64,000 nucleotides of DNA from an uncultured Thermoleophilia bacterium (GTDB lineage: Bacteria > Actinomycetota > Thermoleophilia > UBA2241): the NCBI GenBank assembly GCA_963702475.1, contig CAVPCT010000003.1:608001-672000 (forward strand), read 5' to 3'. The position numbers and the translations under genes are program-made. The first letter of the stretch is position 1, and each line of letters starts with the position of its first letter. Of the stretch, positions 1 through 9,775 are shown piece by piece. The notes under the pieces are model-generated. The model worked only from the letters and a program-made list of their open reading frames with translations, searched no databases and was not told the DNA's origin.

Positions 1-570
1 CTCACCGGCTACGGCGCCGGCCGCCGCGAGGTGCCCGGCCGACCCAATGTGTTGCGCGCCGTGCTCGTCGACCCGTCGGCGGCCGCGCCGGCGGACGAGG
101 CCGCGCCTGCCGGCCACGGCGCCGGCGACCACGTACTGCTCGAGTGCACCGTCGACGACCAGAGCGCCGAGCTGCTCGCCCACGCCGCCGAGGCGCTGCG
201 TGAGGCCGGCGCCGTGGACGTGTGGATGACCCAGGCCTTCATGAAAAAGGGTCGCGTCGGCACCGTGCTGCACGTCCTGGCGGCCGCCGCGGACAGAGAG
301 CGCCTCGCCACTGTCGTCTTCACCGAAACGTCCACCTTCGGCCTTCGCGTTGTGCCATGCGGGCGCATGTATGCCGAGGAGCGTAGCGAAGAGGTCAAGA
401 TCGGCAAGCTGCGCGTCGGGGTCCGGCTCAGCTTCGTAGACGGCAGACTGGCCAGCGTGTCGCCTGAGTACGAGGACGTACGCCGGGTGGCGGCGGCCGT
501 CGAACGCCCGGCGCGGGTGGTCTACGAGGCCGCGCAGGCGGCCGCGCGGGCGCAGTTCAGCGGCTCCTGA
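1..570 (+). CDS. larC: Nickel-pincer cofactor biosynthesis protein LarC, C-terminal part (5' truncated by window)
   Basis: Frame 1 is open from base 1: GYGAG..PNVLR, E.TVDD, GAVDVW...MKKGR.G, TETSTFGLR, PEYED are LarC motifs. Confidence 0.85.
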   Translation, partial: LTGYGAGRREVPGRPNVLRAVLVDPSAAAPADEAAPAGHGAGDHVLLECTVDDQSAELLAHAAEALREAGAVDVWMTQAFMKKGRVGTVLHVLAAAADRERLATVVFTETSTFGLRVVPCGRMYAEERSEEVKIGKLRVGVRLSFVDGRLASVSPEYEDVRRVAAAVERPARVVYEAAQAAARAQFSGS

Positions 571-661
571 CGCACCGCGCGCGGTGCCCGGCCGGGAACG
601 CCGCGGCGTCCTCCGCTTCGTCCCGGCTTCGGCGCGTCGCTCCCCACGCGCGTTTTGACAA

Positions 662-690
662 TTGCTCGCGCTTGTTCGCACTTGTACAAT
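662..690 (+). promoter_or_regulatory. sigma70-type promoter for the fhs operon
   Basis: TTGCTC(662-667)-17 nt-TACAAT(685-690). Confidence 0.55.
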
Positions 691-779
691 CTCCGCGCTA
701 GGAGCCGCATCGTCGTGCAGCCCGACACGGGCCGCCGCAGATGCTTCGAGCGTGGGATCGAAGCCAAAAGGAGGACGCG

Positions 780-2486
780 TTGAGTATCGACCGCAAGTCC
801 CCGGTGCCGAGCGACATCGAGATCGCCCAGGCAGCCACCATGCAGCCCATCCAGGCCATCGCCGAGAAGGCAGGCATCCTGGAGGACGAACTCGAGTTGT
901 ACGGCAAGTACAAGGCGAAGATCGACTACATGGCCGTTCTGGAGCGCCTCAAGGACAAGCCGGACGGCAAGATCATCAACGTCACCGCCATCACGCCGAC
1001 GCCGCTCGGCGAGGGCAAGACCGTGACGGCCGTCGGCCTCTCCGAGAGCATGAACGCCATCGACATCGACACGATGCTGGTGCTCCGCGAGCCGTCCCTC
1101 GGCCCGGTGTTCGGCATCAAGGGCGGCGCGGCCGGTGGCGGCTACTCGCAGCTCCTCCCCATGGAGGACCTCAACCTCCACTTCACCGGCGACATCCACG
1201 CCGTCGGCGCGGCCAACAACCTGCTCGCCGCGATGGTCGACAGCCACCTCATGCACGGCAACGAGCTGGAGATCGACCCGCTGACCATCTCGTGGCGTCG
1301 CGTCGTCGACCTCAACGACCGCGCCATGCGCGAGATCGTCAACGGCCTCGGCGGCAAGCTCAACGGCGTGCCGCGCCAGACCGGCTACGACATCACCGTC
1401 GCCTCCGAGGTCATGGCCATCCTCGGCCTCGCCACCTCGCTCGCCGACCTGCGCAAGCGCCTCGGCCGCATCACCTTCGGCTACAACACGTCGGGCCAGC
1501 CGCTCACGGCCGACGACATCGGCGCCGGCGGCGCCATGACGGTGCTCATGAAGGACGCCCTCAAGCCGAACCTCATGCAGACCCTCGAGGGCAACGCGGC
1601 GCTCATCCACGCCGGCCCGTTCGCCAACATCGCCCAGGGCAACAACTCCATCATCGCCGACAAGGTCGGTATGAAGCTGTCCGACTACATCGTCACGGAG
1701 AGCGGCTTTGCCGCCGATCTGGGCTCCGAGAAGTTCATGGACATCATCTGCCGCTACGGCGGCTTCGAGCCCAGCGCCGTGGTCATCACCTGCACCATGC
1801 GCGCCCTCAAGATGCACGGCGGCCTGCCGGTGGATCCCGAGCTGCTCAAGGCCGAGAACAACGAGGCCCTCACCAAGGGCTGCGAGAACCTCGCCAAGCA
1901 GATCGAGAACATGAAGTACTTCGGTGTGCCGGTCGTGGTGACGATCAACCGGTTCGCTTTCGACCGCGACACCGAGGTCGAGATCGTGCGCAAGGAGGCC
2001 GTGGCGGCCGGCGCCGAGGACGCCGTGCCGATCAACGTGCACGCGCTGGGCGGCGACGGTGGCCAGGAGGCGGCGGAGGTCGTCAAGGCCGCGGCCGACA
2101 AGGGCGGCAAGTTCCAGTTCCTGTACCCGCTCGAGGCCTCCATCAAGGAGAAGATCGAGACCATCGCCACCAAGATCTACGGCGCCGACGGCGTGGACTA
2201 CCTGCCGGAGGCCGAGGCCAAGATCAAGAAGTTCACGGAGCAGGGCCTCGACAAGCTGCCGCTGTGCATGGCCAAGACGCACCTCTCGCTGAGCCACGAC
2301 CCGGCGCTCAAGGGCCGGCCGCGCGGCTTCCGCGTGCCGATCCGCGACATCCGTCCGGCCACCGGCGCCGGGTACCTGTACCCGCTCCTCGGCGAGATGC
2401 GCACCATGCCCGGCCTGTCCAAGCGGCCGGCCGCCGTCGACGTCGATATCGACGTCGAGACCGGCCGTATCATCGGCCTGTTCTGA
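780..2486 (+). CDS. fhs: Formate--tetrahydrofolate ligase
   Basis: TPTPLGEGKT, LREPSLGPVFGIKGGAAGGGYSQ, HFTGD, HAGPFANIA, TMPGL; AGGAGG RBS before TTG at 780. Confidence 0.97.
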   Translation: MSIDRKSPVPSDIEIAQAATMQPIQAIAEKAGILEDELELYGKYKAKIDYMAVLERLKDKPDGKIINVTAITPTPLGEGKTVTAVGLSESMNAIDIDTMLVLREPSLGPVFGIKGGAAGGGYSQLLPMEDLNLHFTGDIHAVGAANNLLAAMVDSHLMHGNELEIDPLTISWRRVVDLNDRAMREIVNGLGGKLNGVPRQTGYDITVASEVMAILGLATSLADLRKRLGRITFGYNTSGQPLTADDIGAGGAMTVLMKDALKPNLMQTLEGNAALIHAGPFANIAQGNNSIIADKVGMKLSDYIVTESGFAADLGSEKFMDIICRYGGFEPSAVVITCTMRALKMHGGLPVDPELLKAENNEALTKGCENLAKQIENMKYFGVPVVVTINRFAFDRDTEVEIVRKEAVAAGAEDAVPINVHALGGDGGQEAAEVVKAAADKGGKFQFLYPLEASIKEKIETIATKIYGADGVDYLPEAEAKIKKFTEQGLDKLPLCMAKTHLSLSHDPALKGRPRGFRVPIRDIRPATGAGYLYPLLGEMRTMPGLSKRPAAVDVDIDVETGRIIGLF

Positions 2487-2620
2487 GAACCTGATCGGCG
2501 GGTGATGCCCCGGGGCGGGCCCGGCTTCGGCCGGCCCGCCCCGCGGCGCCGCCGGGGACGGCCGCGGCGCGGCCTTCGCCGGCGCCGCCGCACCGCACCC
2601 GCCCCACCCGGAGGTACACG

Positions 2621-3262
2621 GTGAGCGACGGTCCCACCATCTACGCGTCCGAACCACTGCAGACCTACCTGGACCACGCCGCCAGCAACCGCCCGGCGCC
2701 CGGCGGCGGCAGTGTCTCGGCCTGCGTCGGCGCCCTTGGCGCGGCGCTCGTCTCCATGGTGTGCAACCTCACGCTCGGCAAGGAGAAGTTCGCCGACGTC
2801 GAGGCCGACATCCAGAAGGTCGTCGAGGGCACCGAGTCCTGCCGGGCGCGCCTTGAGAAGCTGCTGCAGGAGGACACCACGGCCTACAGCGGCGTCATCC
2901 AGGCATACAAGCTCCCCAAGGAGACCGACGAGGAGCAGAGGGCGCGCAAGGCGGCCGTGCAGGCCGGCCTCATCATCGCCGCCAACGTCCCGCTCGACAT
3001 CTGCAGGGTCGCCGTGGAGGTCTGCCGCTGGTCGAAGACCGCGGCCGAGCTCGGCAACCCCGGCGCCGTGACCGACGCCGGCATCGGCGCCATCCTGGGT
3101 GAGGCCGCCGTGGTGGGCGGCGCGCTCAACGTGAAGATCAACCTCGGCTCCATCGAGGACTGCGACTACGTCGAGACCGCCCAGAAGGCCATCGACGAGA
3201 TGCAGGCGGAGGCCAAGGCCCTGCGCGAAGAGGTGCTGGCCATCACGCTCGCCAAGCTCTGA
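2621..3262 (+). CDS. fchA: Methenyl-THF cyclohydrolase (cyclodeaminase/cyclohydrolase family)
   Basis: PAPGGGSVSA..GALG..L.SMV.NLT and NVKINL motifs; lies between fhs and folD. Confidence 0.9.
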   Translation: MSDGPTIYASEPLQTYLDHAASNRPAPGGGSVSACVGALGAALVSMVCNLTLGKEKFADVEADIQKVVEGTESCRARLEKLLQEDTTAYSGVIQAYKLPKETDEEQRARKAAVQAGLIIAANVPLDICRVAVEVCRWSKTAAELGNPGAVTDAGIGAILGEAAVVGGALNVKINLGSIEDCDYVETAQKAIDEMQAEAKALREEVLAITLAKL

Positions 3263-3290
3263 TCAACCACCCACACACGAGAGGGAAGCC

Positions 3291-4157
3291 ATGGCAGCTC
3301 AGATCATCGACGGCAAGGCCATCGCCGCGCAGATCCGCGAGGAGATCAGGGCCGAGGTCGCCAGACTGGCCACCTGCGGCGTGAAGCCCGGCGTCGCCAC
3401 CATCCTGGTCGGCGAGGACGGCGGCGCGCAGTTCTACCGCGGCCAGATCGAGAAGAACACCGGCGACGTGGGGTTCAACTACTTCAACCACACCCTGCCG
3501 GCCGGCGCGAGTGAGGCCGAGATCCTCGACCTCATCGCCAAGCTCAACGCCGACGAGGCGGTGCACGGCATCCTCGCGCTCCAGCCGATGGCGGCCGAGA
3601 TCGACCAGACCACCGTGTTCAACGCCATCGCCCCGGTCAAGGACCTGGACTGTGTGAACCCGGCCAACATCGGCCACGTGCTGCTCGGCGACCAGCTCTT
3701 CGCGCCGGCCACGCCGAGCGCGTGCATCGAGATCCTCGACCGCGAGGGCGTGGAGCTGTGCCCCGACGGCAAGGCCCTCAACGTGACCATCGTCAACCAC
3801 TCGAACATCGTCGGGAAGCCGGTGGCCCTGCTCTGCCTCAACCGCAACGCCTCCGTGCACGTGGTGCACGTGTTCACCAGGGACGTCCCGGCCGCCTGCC
3901 GCGAGGCCGACGTGCTCATCTGCGCCGCCCCCGTGCAGAACCTCATCAAGGGCGACATGGTCAAGCCGGGCGCGGTCGTCATCGACGTGACGACCATCCG
4001 CGTGGAGGGCAAGCAGGTCGGCTCGCTCGACTGGGACGCCGTGTGCGAGGTCGCCGGCAAGGCCACTCCTGTGCCGGGCGGCGTCGGCCCTGTGACCAAC
4101 GTCATCCTGCTGCAGAACGCCATCAAGGCCTGCAAGGCCCAGACGGGCGTCAAATAG
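3291..4157 (+). CDS. folD: Methylene-THF dehydrogenase, FolD family (ends in TAG)
   Basis: IIDGKAIA, KDLD, SNIVGKP, TPVPGGVGPVT. Confidence 0.93.
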   Translation: MAAQIIDGKAIAAQIREEIRAEVARLATCGVKPGVATILVGEDGGAQFYRGQIEKNTGDVGFNYFNHTLPAGASEAEILDLIAKLNADEAVHGILALQPMAAEIDQTTVFNAIAPVKDLDCVNPANIGHVLLGDQLFAPATPSACIEILDREGVELCPDGKALNVTIVNHSNIVGKPVALLCLNRNASVHVVHVFTRDVPAACREADVLICAAPVQNLIKGDMVKPGAVVIDVTTIRVEGKQVGSLDWDAVCEVAGKATPVPGGVGPVTNVILLQNAIKACKAQTGVK

Positions 4158-4270
4158 GGACGCGGACGAGCGTCCACGGCCCGCGGCGTACGGCTTCGAA
4201 AGGAGCGCGCCGCGGGCCGCGACGTGGTTCAATAGTGGCCCACCCAGCAACGCGACACGGAGTACAGCCC

Positions 4271-4828
4271 ATGCCCGCTCCAAGCGACCCGGTCGCAGCC
4301 GGCGAGGTCCAGCCGGGCTGCGACCTCGAGAAGGTCGCCCTCATCGTCGAAGAGGGCGGCGCGCACGGAAACCTCATCGCGCTCCTGCAGCGCACGCAGA
4401 ACGAGTTCGGGTACGTGCCTGAGGACGCGGTCAGGGAGATCTCGCGCCTCACGCGCGTGCCGACGTCGCGCATCTACGGCATCCTCACCTTCTACGCGCA
4501 GTTCTCCACCGTGCCCAGCGGCCGGCACAAGATCTTCGTGTGCCACGGCACGGCCTGCCACGTGGCAGGCGCCCCGCGCCTGACGCAGGCCCTCGCGGAG
4601 GAGCTGGGCGTGGCCGACGGCGAGTCCACGCCGGACATGGAGTTCAAGCTCGACTCGGTGGCCTGCATGGGCGCCTGCTCGCAGGCGCCGGTCATGCGCA
4701 TCGACGAGGAGACGTTCGGCAACCTCACGGCCGACAAGACGCGTGCGGCCATCCGCACGCTCATCAAGGACTACGGCCTCGAGGAGAACTACGCCACGTC
4801 CGTTGCGGGGGGTGACGGCGATGACTGA
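4271..4828 (+). CDS. NuoE/HydC-like 2Fe-2S subunit
   Basis: LIALLQ..Q..FGY, TFYAQF, CHGTAC...CMGAC. Confidence 0.9.
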   Translation: MPAPSDPVAAGEVQPGCDLEKVALIVEEGGAHGNLIALLQRTQNEFGYVPEDAVREISRLTRVPTSRIYGILTFYAQFSTVPSGRHKIFVCHGTACHVAGAPRLTQALAEELGVADGESTPDMEFKLDSVACMGACSQAPVMRIDEETFGNLTADKTRAAIRTLIKDYGLEENYATSVAGGDGDD

Positions 4829-6729
4829 CGCCGGCGGCGTCAAGGTCGGCGTCTCGGCCGGCGGCAACGGCAAGACGCGCGTGTCGGTGTGCGCCGGCAC
4901 CGCCTGTGTGTTCGCCGGCTCCATGAAGGTCCGCGACGCCTTCGATGAGGAGGTGGCGGCCGCCGGCCTGCACGACACGGTGGAGGTCCGGATCATCGGC
5001 TGCCACGGTCTCTGTTCCCAGGGTCCGCTCGCCGTGGTCTCCGGCGGGGACACGTACTACCCCCGCCTCAAGGTCAAAGACGTCAAGACGGTGGTCGAGC
5101 AGCACCTGGCCGGCGGAGAGGTCGTCGAGAAGCTCCTCTACGTGGACCCGAGCACAGGCGAGCGTATCGCCTGCGCCCACGACATCCCGTTCTACAAGGG
5201 GCAGACCCGAATCGCCCTTCGTGACGTGGGTGTCATCGACCCCGAGCAGATCGACGAGTACCTCGCGCGCGGCGGCTACGAGGCCGCGCGCAAGGCGCTC
5301 ACCGCCATGCAGCCCGACGAGATCGTGGAAGAGGTCCTCGCCTCCGGCCTGCGCGGCCGCGGCGGCGCCGGCTTTCCGACCGGCCAGAAGTGGCGCTTCG
5401 CGCGCAGCTCGCCGGGAGACGTCAAGTACGTGATCTGCAACGGCGACGAGGGCGACCCCGGCGCGTTCATGGACGCCTCCATCATGGACGGCGACCCGCA
5501 CGCCGTGCTCGAGGGCATGCTCATCGCCTCCTACGCGATCGGCGCGCGTGAAGGCTTCATCTACGTGCGCGCTGAGTATCCGCTGGCCGTCAAACGCCTG
5601 CGCCTGGCCATCGCAGACGCCGAGGAACGCGGCTACCTCGGTGACGACATCTTCGGCAGCGGCTGGGACTTCCACCTCAAGATCAAGGAAGGCGCCGGCG
5701 CCTTCGTGTGCGGCGAGGAGACCGCGCTCATCGCCAGCATCATGGGCGAGCGCGGCATGCCGCGAAAGCGCCCGCCGTTCCCGGCCGTCTCCGGCCTCTG
5801 GGGCAAGCCCACCAACATCAACAACGTCGAGACCTTACGCCTCGGTGCCGTGGATCATCGCCCACGGGGCGGCCGAGTACGCCGCCGTCGGCTCCGAGTC
5901 GTGCAAGGGCACCAAGGCGTTCAGCCTGGCCGGCAAGATCGTCAACGGCGGTCTCGCCGAGGTGCCCATGGGCTCCACCCTGCGGCACGTCATCTTCGAG
6001 GTCGGCGGCGGCATCAAGGACGGTCGCGAGTTCAAGGCCGTCCAGCTCGGCGGCCCCTCCGGTGGCTGCGTACCGGCCGCCCTGCTCGACACGCCGGTCG
6101 ACTACGAGAGCCTCAACGCGACCGGCGCCATCATGGGCTCCGGCGGCATGGTCGTCGCCGACGACCAGACCTGTATGGTCGACCTGGCCAAGTACTTCCT
6201 GCAGTTCACGCAGAACGAGAGCTGCGGCAAGTGCGTGCCCTGCCGCCTGGGCACCAAGCGCATGCTCGAGATCCTCGAGCGCATCACCGCCGGCAACGGC
6301 CGGCACAGCGACATCGAGACGCTCGAGAGCCTGGCGCTGTCGGTCAAGAAGACGAGCCTGTGCGGGCTCGGCCAGACGGCGCCCAACCCGGTGCTCACCA
6401 CGTTGCGCTACTTCCGTGACGAGTACGAGGCGCACATCGACGGGCAGGAGTGTCCCGCGCACGCCTGCACGGCCCTCATCGCGTACACCATCGACGCCGA
6501 CGCCTGCACCGGCTGCATGCTGTGTGCCAAGAAGTGCCCCACCGGGGCGGCGCGCGGCCCCAAGAAGCTCACGCACGTCATCGACCAGGAGACGTGCATC
6601 AAGTGCGACGCCTGCAGCGCCGCGTGCAAGTTCGACGCCGTGAAGATCGTGAGCGGCCCCGAGGAGATCGCCGTCGCCGTCGCTGCCCAGCGCGAGGGCC
6701 ACGAGGCTGCGAAGGCGAAGAAGCGCTGA
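4821..6729 (+). CDS. NuoF/HydB-like NADH-binding flavo-Fe-S subunit, split by a +1 frameshift at ~5836
   Basis: N-terminal 2Fe-2S Cys, [37 protein letters not shown]; after an extra T (acc-T-tac) it continues with [18 protein letters not shown] and two C-terminal 4Fe-4S motifs. Confidence 0.9.
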
Positions 6730-6910
6730 CGCGCCCCGCCTGGCGGCCGCCGGCGGGAAGCGCGTCTGAGCGCCGGGGCCGGCCGGTCGCGCCGCGCCCG
6801 GGCGCCGTCCGCCGCGCCGGTCTTGCTGCGGTGACAGCGCCACGGCGGGAGGCCCTTCCGGCCTCCCGCCGCGGCGCTCTTTCGTGCGCAGTGACTTGCG
6901 CGCGATCCCG

Positions 6911-6975
6911 TTCACAAGCCGTACCCGCTGCGGTATCGTATGATGGCACGCGTGTTGGTTGGTCAGCTAACTAAC
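6911..6975 (+). promoter_or_regulatory. Candidate promoter and operator upstream of the permease remnant
   Basis: TTCACA-17-TATCGT (overlapping TATGAT), followed by imperfect inverted repeat GTTGGTTGG-TCAG-CTAACTAAC. Confidence 0.4.
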
Positions 6976-7073
6976 TCGCGTGTCGCGACCGTTCTGGGAA
7001 CGAGGTCACGCGTCGCCGGCACACACGGTCTCCGTGCAGTCCGTGCCGGGCCGACGCTTCGGGGGAGCCCCCC

Positions 7074-7331
7074 TCGTCCCCCTACAAGGCGTGGAAGTTC
7101 CTGGGCATCCCGCTGGTCAGCTGGGGCGCCGTGGTCTCGCTCGTCTACTTCGGCATCCTCTTCTACTACCTCATCTTCACGGGGGAGCTTGGAGGACTCC
7201 AACGGCCAGTCGTGGATCCTGTACGTCATCGTCTGGGTCCTGGCATCGTTTGGTACTTCTTCTGGGCGGCGCGCAGCAAGCGCGTCGGCGTGGACGTCAG
7301 CATGACCTACGGGGAGCTGCCGCCGGAGTGA
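7074..7331 (+). pseudogene. C-terminal remnant of an APC amino-acid permease paralog
   Basis: SSPYKAWKFLGIP...WYFFW...VGVDVSMTYGELPPE* matches the C-terminus of 8113-9711; internal compensating indels; no N-terminal part. Confidence 0.85.
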
Positions 7332-7402
7332 GCCGCGTCCGCGTGACCGCGGCCGCCCCGGCGGGTGACCGCGGCCGGCCACGACGGCTCGCCGGCCCCC
7401 TG

Positions 7403-7468
7403 TCGGTTTCGGAATCACGAAAATTCCGCGTGTTGCCGAAACCGAATCATCTCGGTGCGGCCTTGACA
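7403..7468 (+). promoter_or_regulatory. Inverted repeat and -35 element upstream of the Lrp gene
   Basis: TCGGTTTCGG(7403-7412)...CCGAAACCGA(7436-7445); TTGACA at 7463-7468. Confidence 0.4.
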
Positions 7469-7531
7469 TTTTCCGACGTCGGGTATCGAAATAGACAACT
7501 GGGAATCAGACGCTTACCCGGGGGGGTCCCG

Positions 7532-8023
7532 TTGGCGTTCACTCTGGATTCCATCGACCGGCGCATCGTGTCGCTGCTCATCGAGGACGGCCGCATCTCG
7601 TCGGCCGAGATCACGCGGCGCATAGGGCACGTCTCGGAGCGGGCCGTGCGGTACCGCATCGACAGGCTGGTCCGCAACGGGGTGATCCGCGTCAGCGCCA
7701 TCGTCATGCCTCAGGCCGTCGGCTTCCCCATCATCGGTGACGTCCTCGTCGACGTGGCTCCCGGCAAGCTGCAGGACGTGGCCGCTCAGCTCGTCGACTT
7801 CCCCACCGTCAGCTACGTGGCGGGGTCGGTCGGCGAAGGAGACCTCAGCGTGCAGGTGTACGCGCGCGACACGGAAGAGCTGCTGCGCTTCGTCAATGAG
7901 GTCATAGGCAAGGTCGCCGGTGTGACACGCACCAAGCTCGCCATGGTGCCGTGGAAGCTCAAGGACGTCTATCAGTGGCAGGTGCCCGTCGACGCCGCTG
8001 AAGAAGGGAGGACGATCGTCTGA
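7532..8023 (+). CDS. Lrp/AsnC family transcriptional regulator
   Basis: LDSIDRRIVSLLIEDGR.S, VSERAVRYRIDRL HTH, C-terminal RAM domain. Confidence 0.9.
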   Translation: MAFTLDSIDRRIVSLLIEDGRISSAEITRRIGHVSERAVRYRIDRLVRNGVIRVSAIVMPQAVGFPIIGDVLVDVAPGKLQDVAAQLVDFPTVSYVAGSVGEGDLSVQVYARDTEELLRFVNEVIGKVAGVTRTKLAMVPWKLKDVYQWQVPVDAAEEGRTIV

Positions 8024-8112
8024 GTGCACCTGTCCCTGTGTGTCCTGACCATCAATCCGGACCGCGCCGCAGCTGCTCACAGGCGCCGGTCTGTACGTAG
8101 CGAGGGGGAAGT

Positions 8113-9711
8113 ATGGCCGAAGAACTAGCATTCGCCCGCAAAGCCAGCGGCCTCGTCCGCGGCCTCTCCATGTGGGACGCCTTCGGCGTCGGCTTCATGA
8201 ACCAGGGGCTCACGCCGAGCATCGTGGTGCTGACCAGCCTCGGTGTGGGGGTGTACACCGGCGGCAACATGATCATCGCCATCACGCTCTCCATCATCCT
8301 GGCCGGCATCGGCATGCCGATCGTGTGGGGCGTGCTCGGCGGGTCCATGCCGCGCTCCGGCGGGGAGTACATCTACAACTCACGTATCATCCACCCGGTG
8401 ATCGGCATCGCCGAGAGCTTCGGCAACGCCTTCGTGTGGATCATGTGGATCTACGTCCTGGCGCCCTGGGTCGCCGACCCCGGCGTCGCCATGGTCGCCC
8501 AGTTCACCGGCTGGACCGGGCTTTCGGATTTCGCGACGAGCACGTGGGGCATGTTCGCCATCGCGACCGTCGCGAACGTGGTCGCGTTCCTGTTCGTGGT
8601 GTTCGGCATCAAAGTGTTCGCGCGTGTCCAGAAGGTCGTCATGGCCGTCGGTATCGGCGGCTGTATCGTGCTCTGCATCATGCTCACCTGGAAGGCCGGT
8701 GCCTTCCAGGCGGCGTGGGATGCGATGGCGCTACAGTACGACTCGCTCAAGTACAACGAGTTCCTGGCGGGCGTCGAGGGCCTGGCCGGCGAGAAGATGC
8801 CGACCACCTGGAACTGGTTCGACAGCATCGGCGTGATGGTCGCGGCGTCGTGGGCCTTCGCCTACGCGTACTGCATGGCATTCATCGCCGGAGAGGTCAA
8901 GCGCCCCGACAAGACCATCATCCTCGCGAACCTGTTCGCCGTCCTGGTGCCCGGCGTCTTCTGCCTGTGGACGGCCTTCGCCCTCTACCAGATCGACTTC
9001 AACTTCCTCTCGGCGGCGTTCTGGTTCGACAACTCCGGCGAGACGCTCACGGGGTACAATCTGCCGTTCTCGACCAACTACGTGGCGCTCGGCTTCATCA
9101 TGGAGCCGCAGGCCTGGCTGGGGGTCATCTACGCCCTCTCCTACATCGCCTTCGGGCTGTGGTGGGTCGCGCTCTCGTACCTGGCGTTCCCCCGCATCAT
9201 CTTCGCCTGGGGCATGGACCGCATGGGCCCCAAGTGGTTCACAGACATCAACCCGCGCTTCGCCAGCCCGGTGAAGAACCACGTTCTCTGCCTCATCCTG
9301 GGGCAGATCGGCATCGCCCTGTACGTCTTCTGGACGAACAGCCCGCTTCAGGGCCTCGCCGTCACCGGTCTTGAGGTCGTCACGGTGTTCGGTGTGACTG
9401 CGGTCGCGGCGCTCATGTTCCCGTACGTCAAGCGCTCGCGCGGCGTGTGGGAGTCATCTCCGTACCGCAACTGGAAGCTGCTCGGCATACCGGTCATCAC
9501 GATCGGCGCGGTGGTGAACCTCATCTACCTCGCCATCCTGTTCGTGTTCTTCTTCATCATGCCGGATCTCCGTAGCTTCACGACGACCGGTATCATCTTC
9601 TTCGCGTGCATCTGGGCAGCAGGTATCGCCTGGTACTTCTTCTGGAAGCAGCGCAGCAGGACCGTAGGGGTCGACGTCTCCATGACCTACGGGGAGTTGC
9701 CGCCCGAGTGA
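8113..9711 (+). CDS. APC family amino acid/amine permease
   Basis: FARKASGLVR, MPRSGGEY, AGEVK, R..FAWGMDR; many transmembrane segments. Confidence 0.9.
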   Translation: MAEELAFARKASGLVRGLSMWDAFGVGFMNQGLTPSIVVLTSLGVGVYTGGNMIIAITLSIILAGIGMPIVWGVLGGSMPRSGGEYIYNSRIIHPVIGIAESFGNAFVWIMWIYVLAPWVADPGVAMVAQFTGWTGLSDFATSTWGMFAIATVANVVAFLFVVFGIKVFARVQKVVMAVGIGGCIVLCIMLTWKAGAFQAAWDAMALQYDSLKYNEFLAGVEGLAGEKMPTTWNWFDSIGVMVAASWAFAYAYCMAFIAGEVKRPDKTIILANLFAVLVPGVFCLWTAFALYQIDFNFLSAAFWFDNSGETLTGYNLPFSTNYVALGFIMEPQAWLGVIYALSYIAFGLWWVALSYLAFPRIIFAWGMDRMGPKWFTDINPRFASPVKNHVLCLILGQIGIALYVFWTNSPLQGLAVTGLEVVTVFGVTAVAALMFPYVKRSRGVWESSPYRNWKLLGIPVITIGAVVNLIYLAILFVFFFIMPDLRSFTTTGIIFFACIWAAGIAWYFFWKQRSRTVGVDVSMTYGELPPE

Positions 9712-9723
9712 TAGCGAGCTAAC

Positions 9724-9757
9724 GTGACGGGCGGGGGCGACCGCCCCCGCCCGTCAC
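9724..9757 (+). repeat. Perfect intra-operonic hairpin without U-tract
   Basis: GTGACGGGCGGGGGCG-AC-CGCCCCCGCCCGTCAC. Confidence 0.7.
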
Positions 9758-9775
9758 TGTCTCTGGAGAGTGCAG

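Noticed and set aside
655-660. Perfect TTGACA upstream of fhs
   Set aside because: 24 nt from TACAAT, too far; TTGCTC at 17 nt fits better
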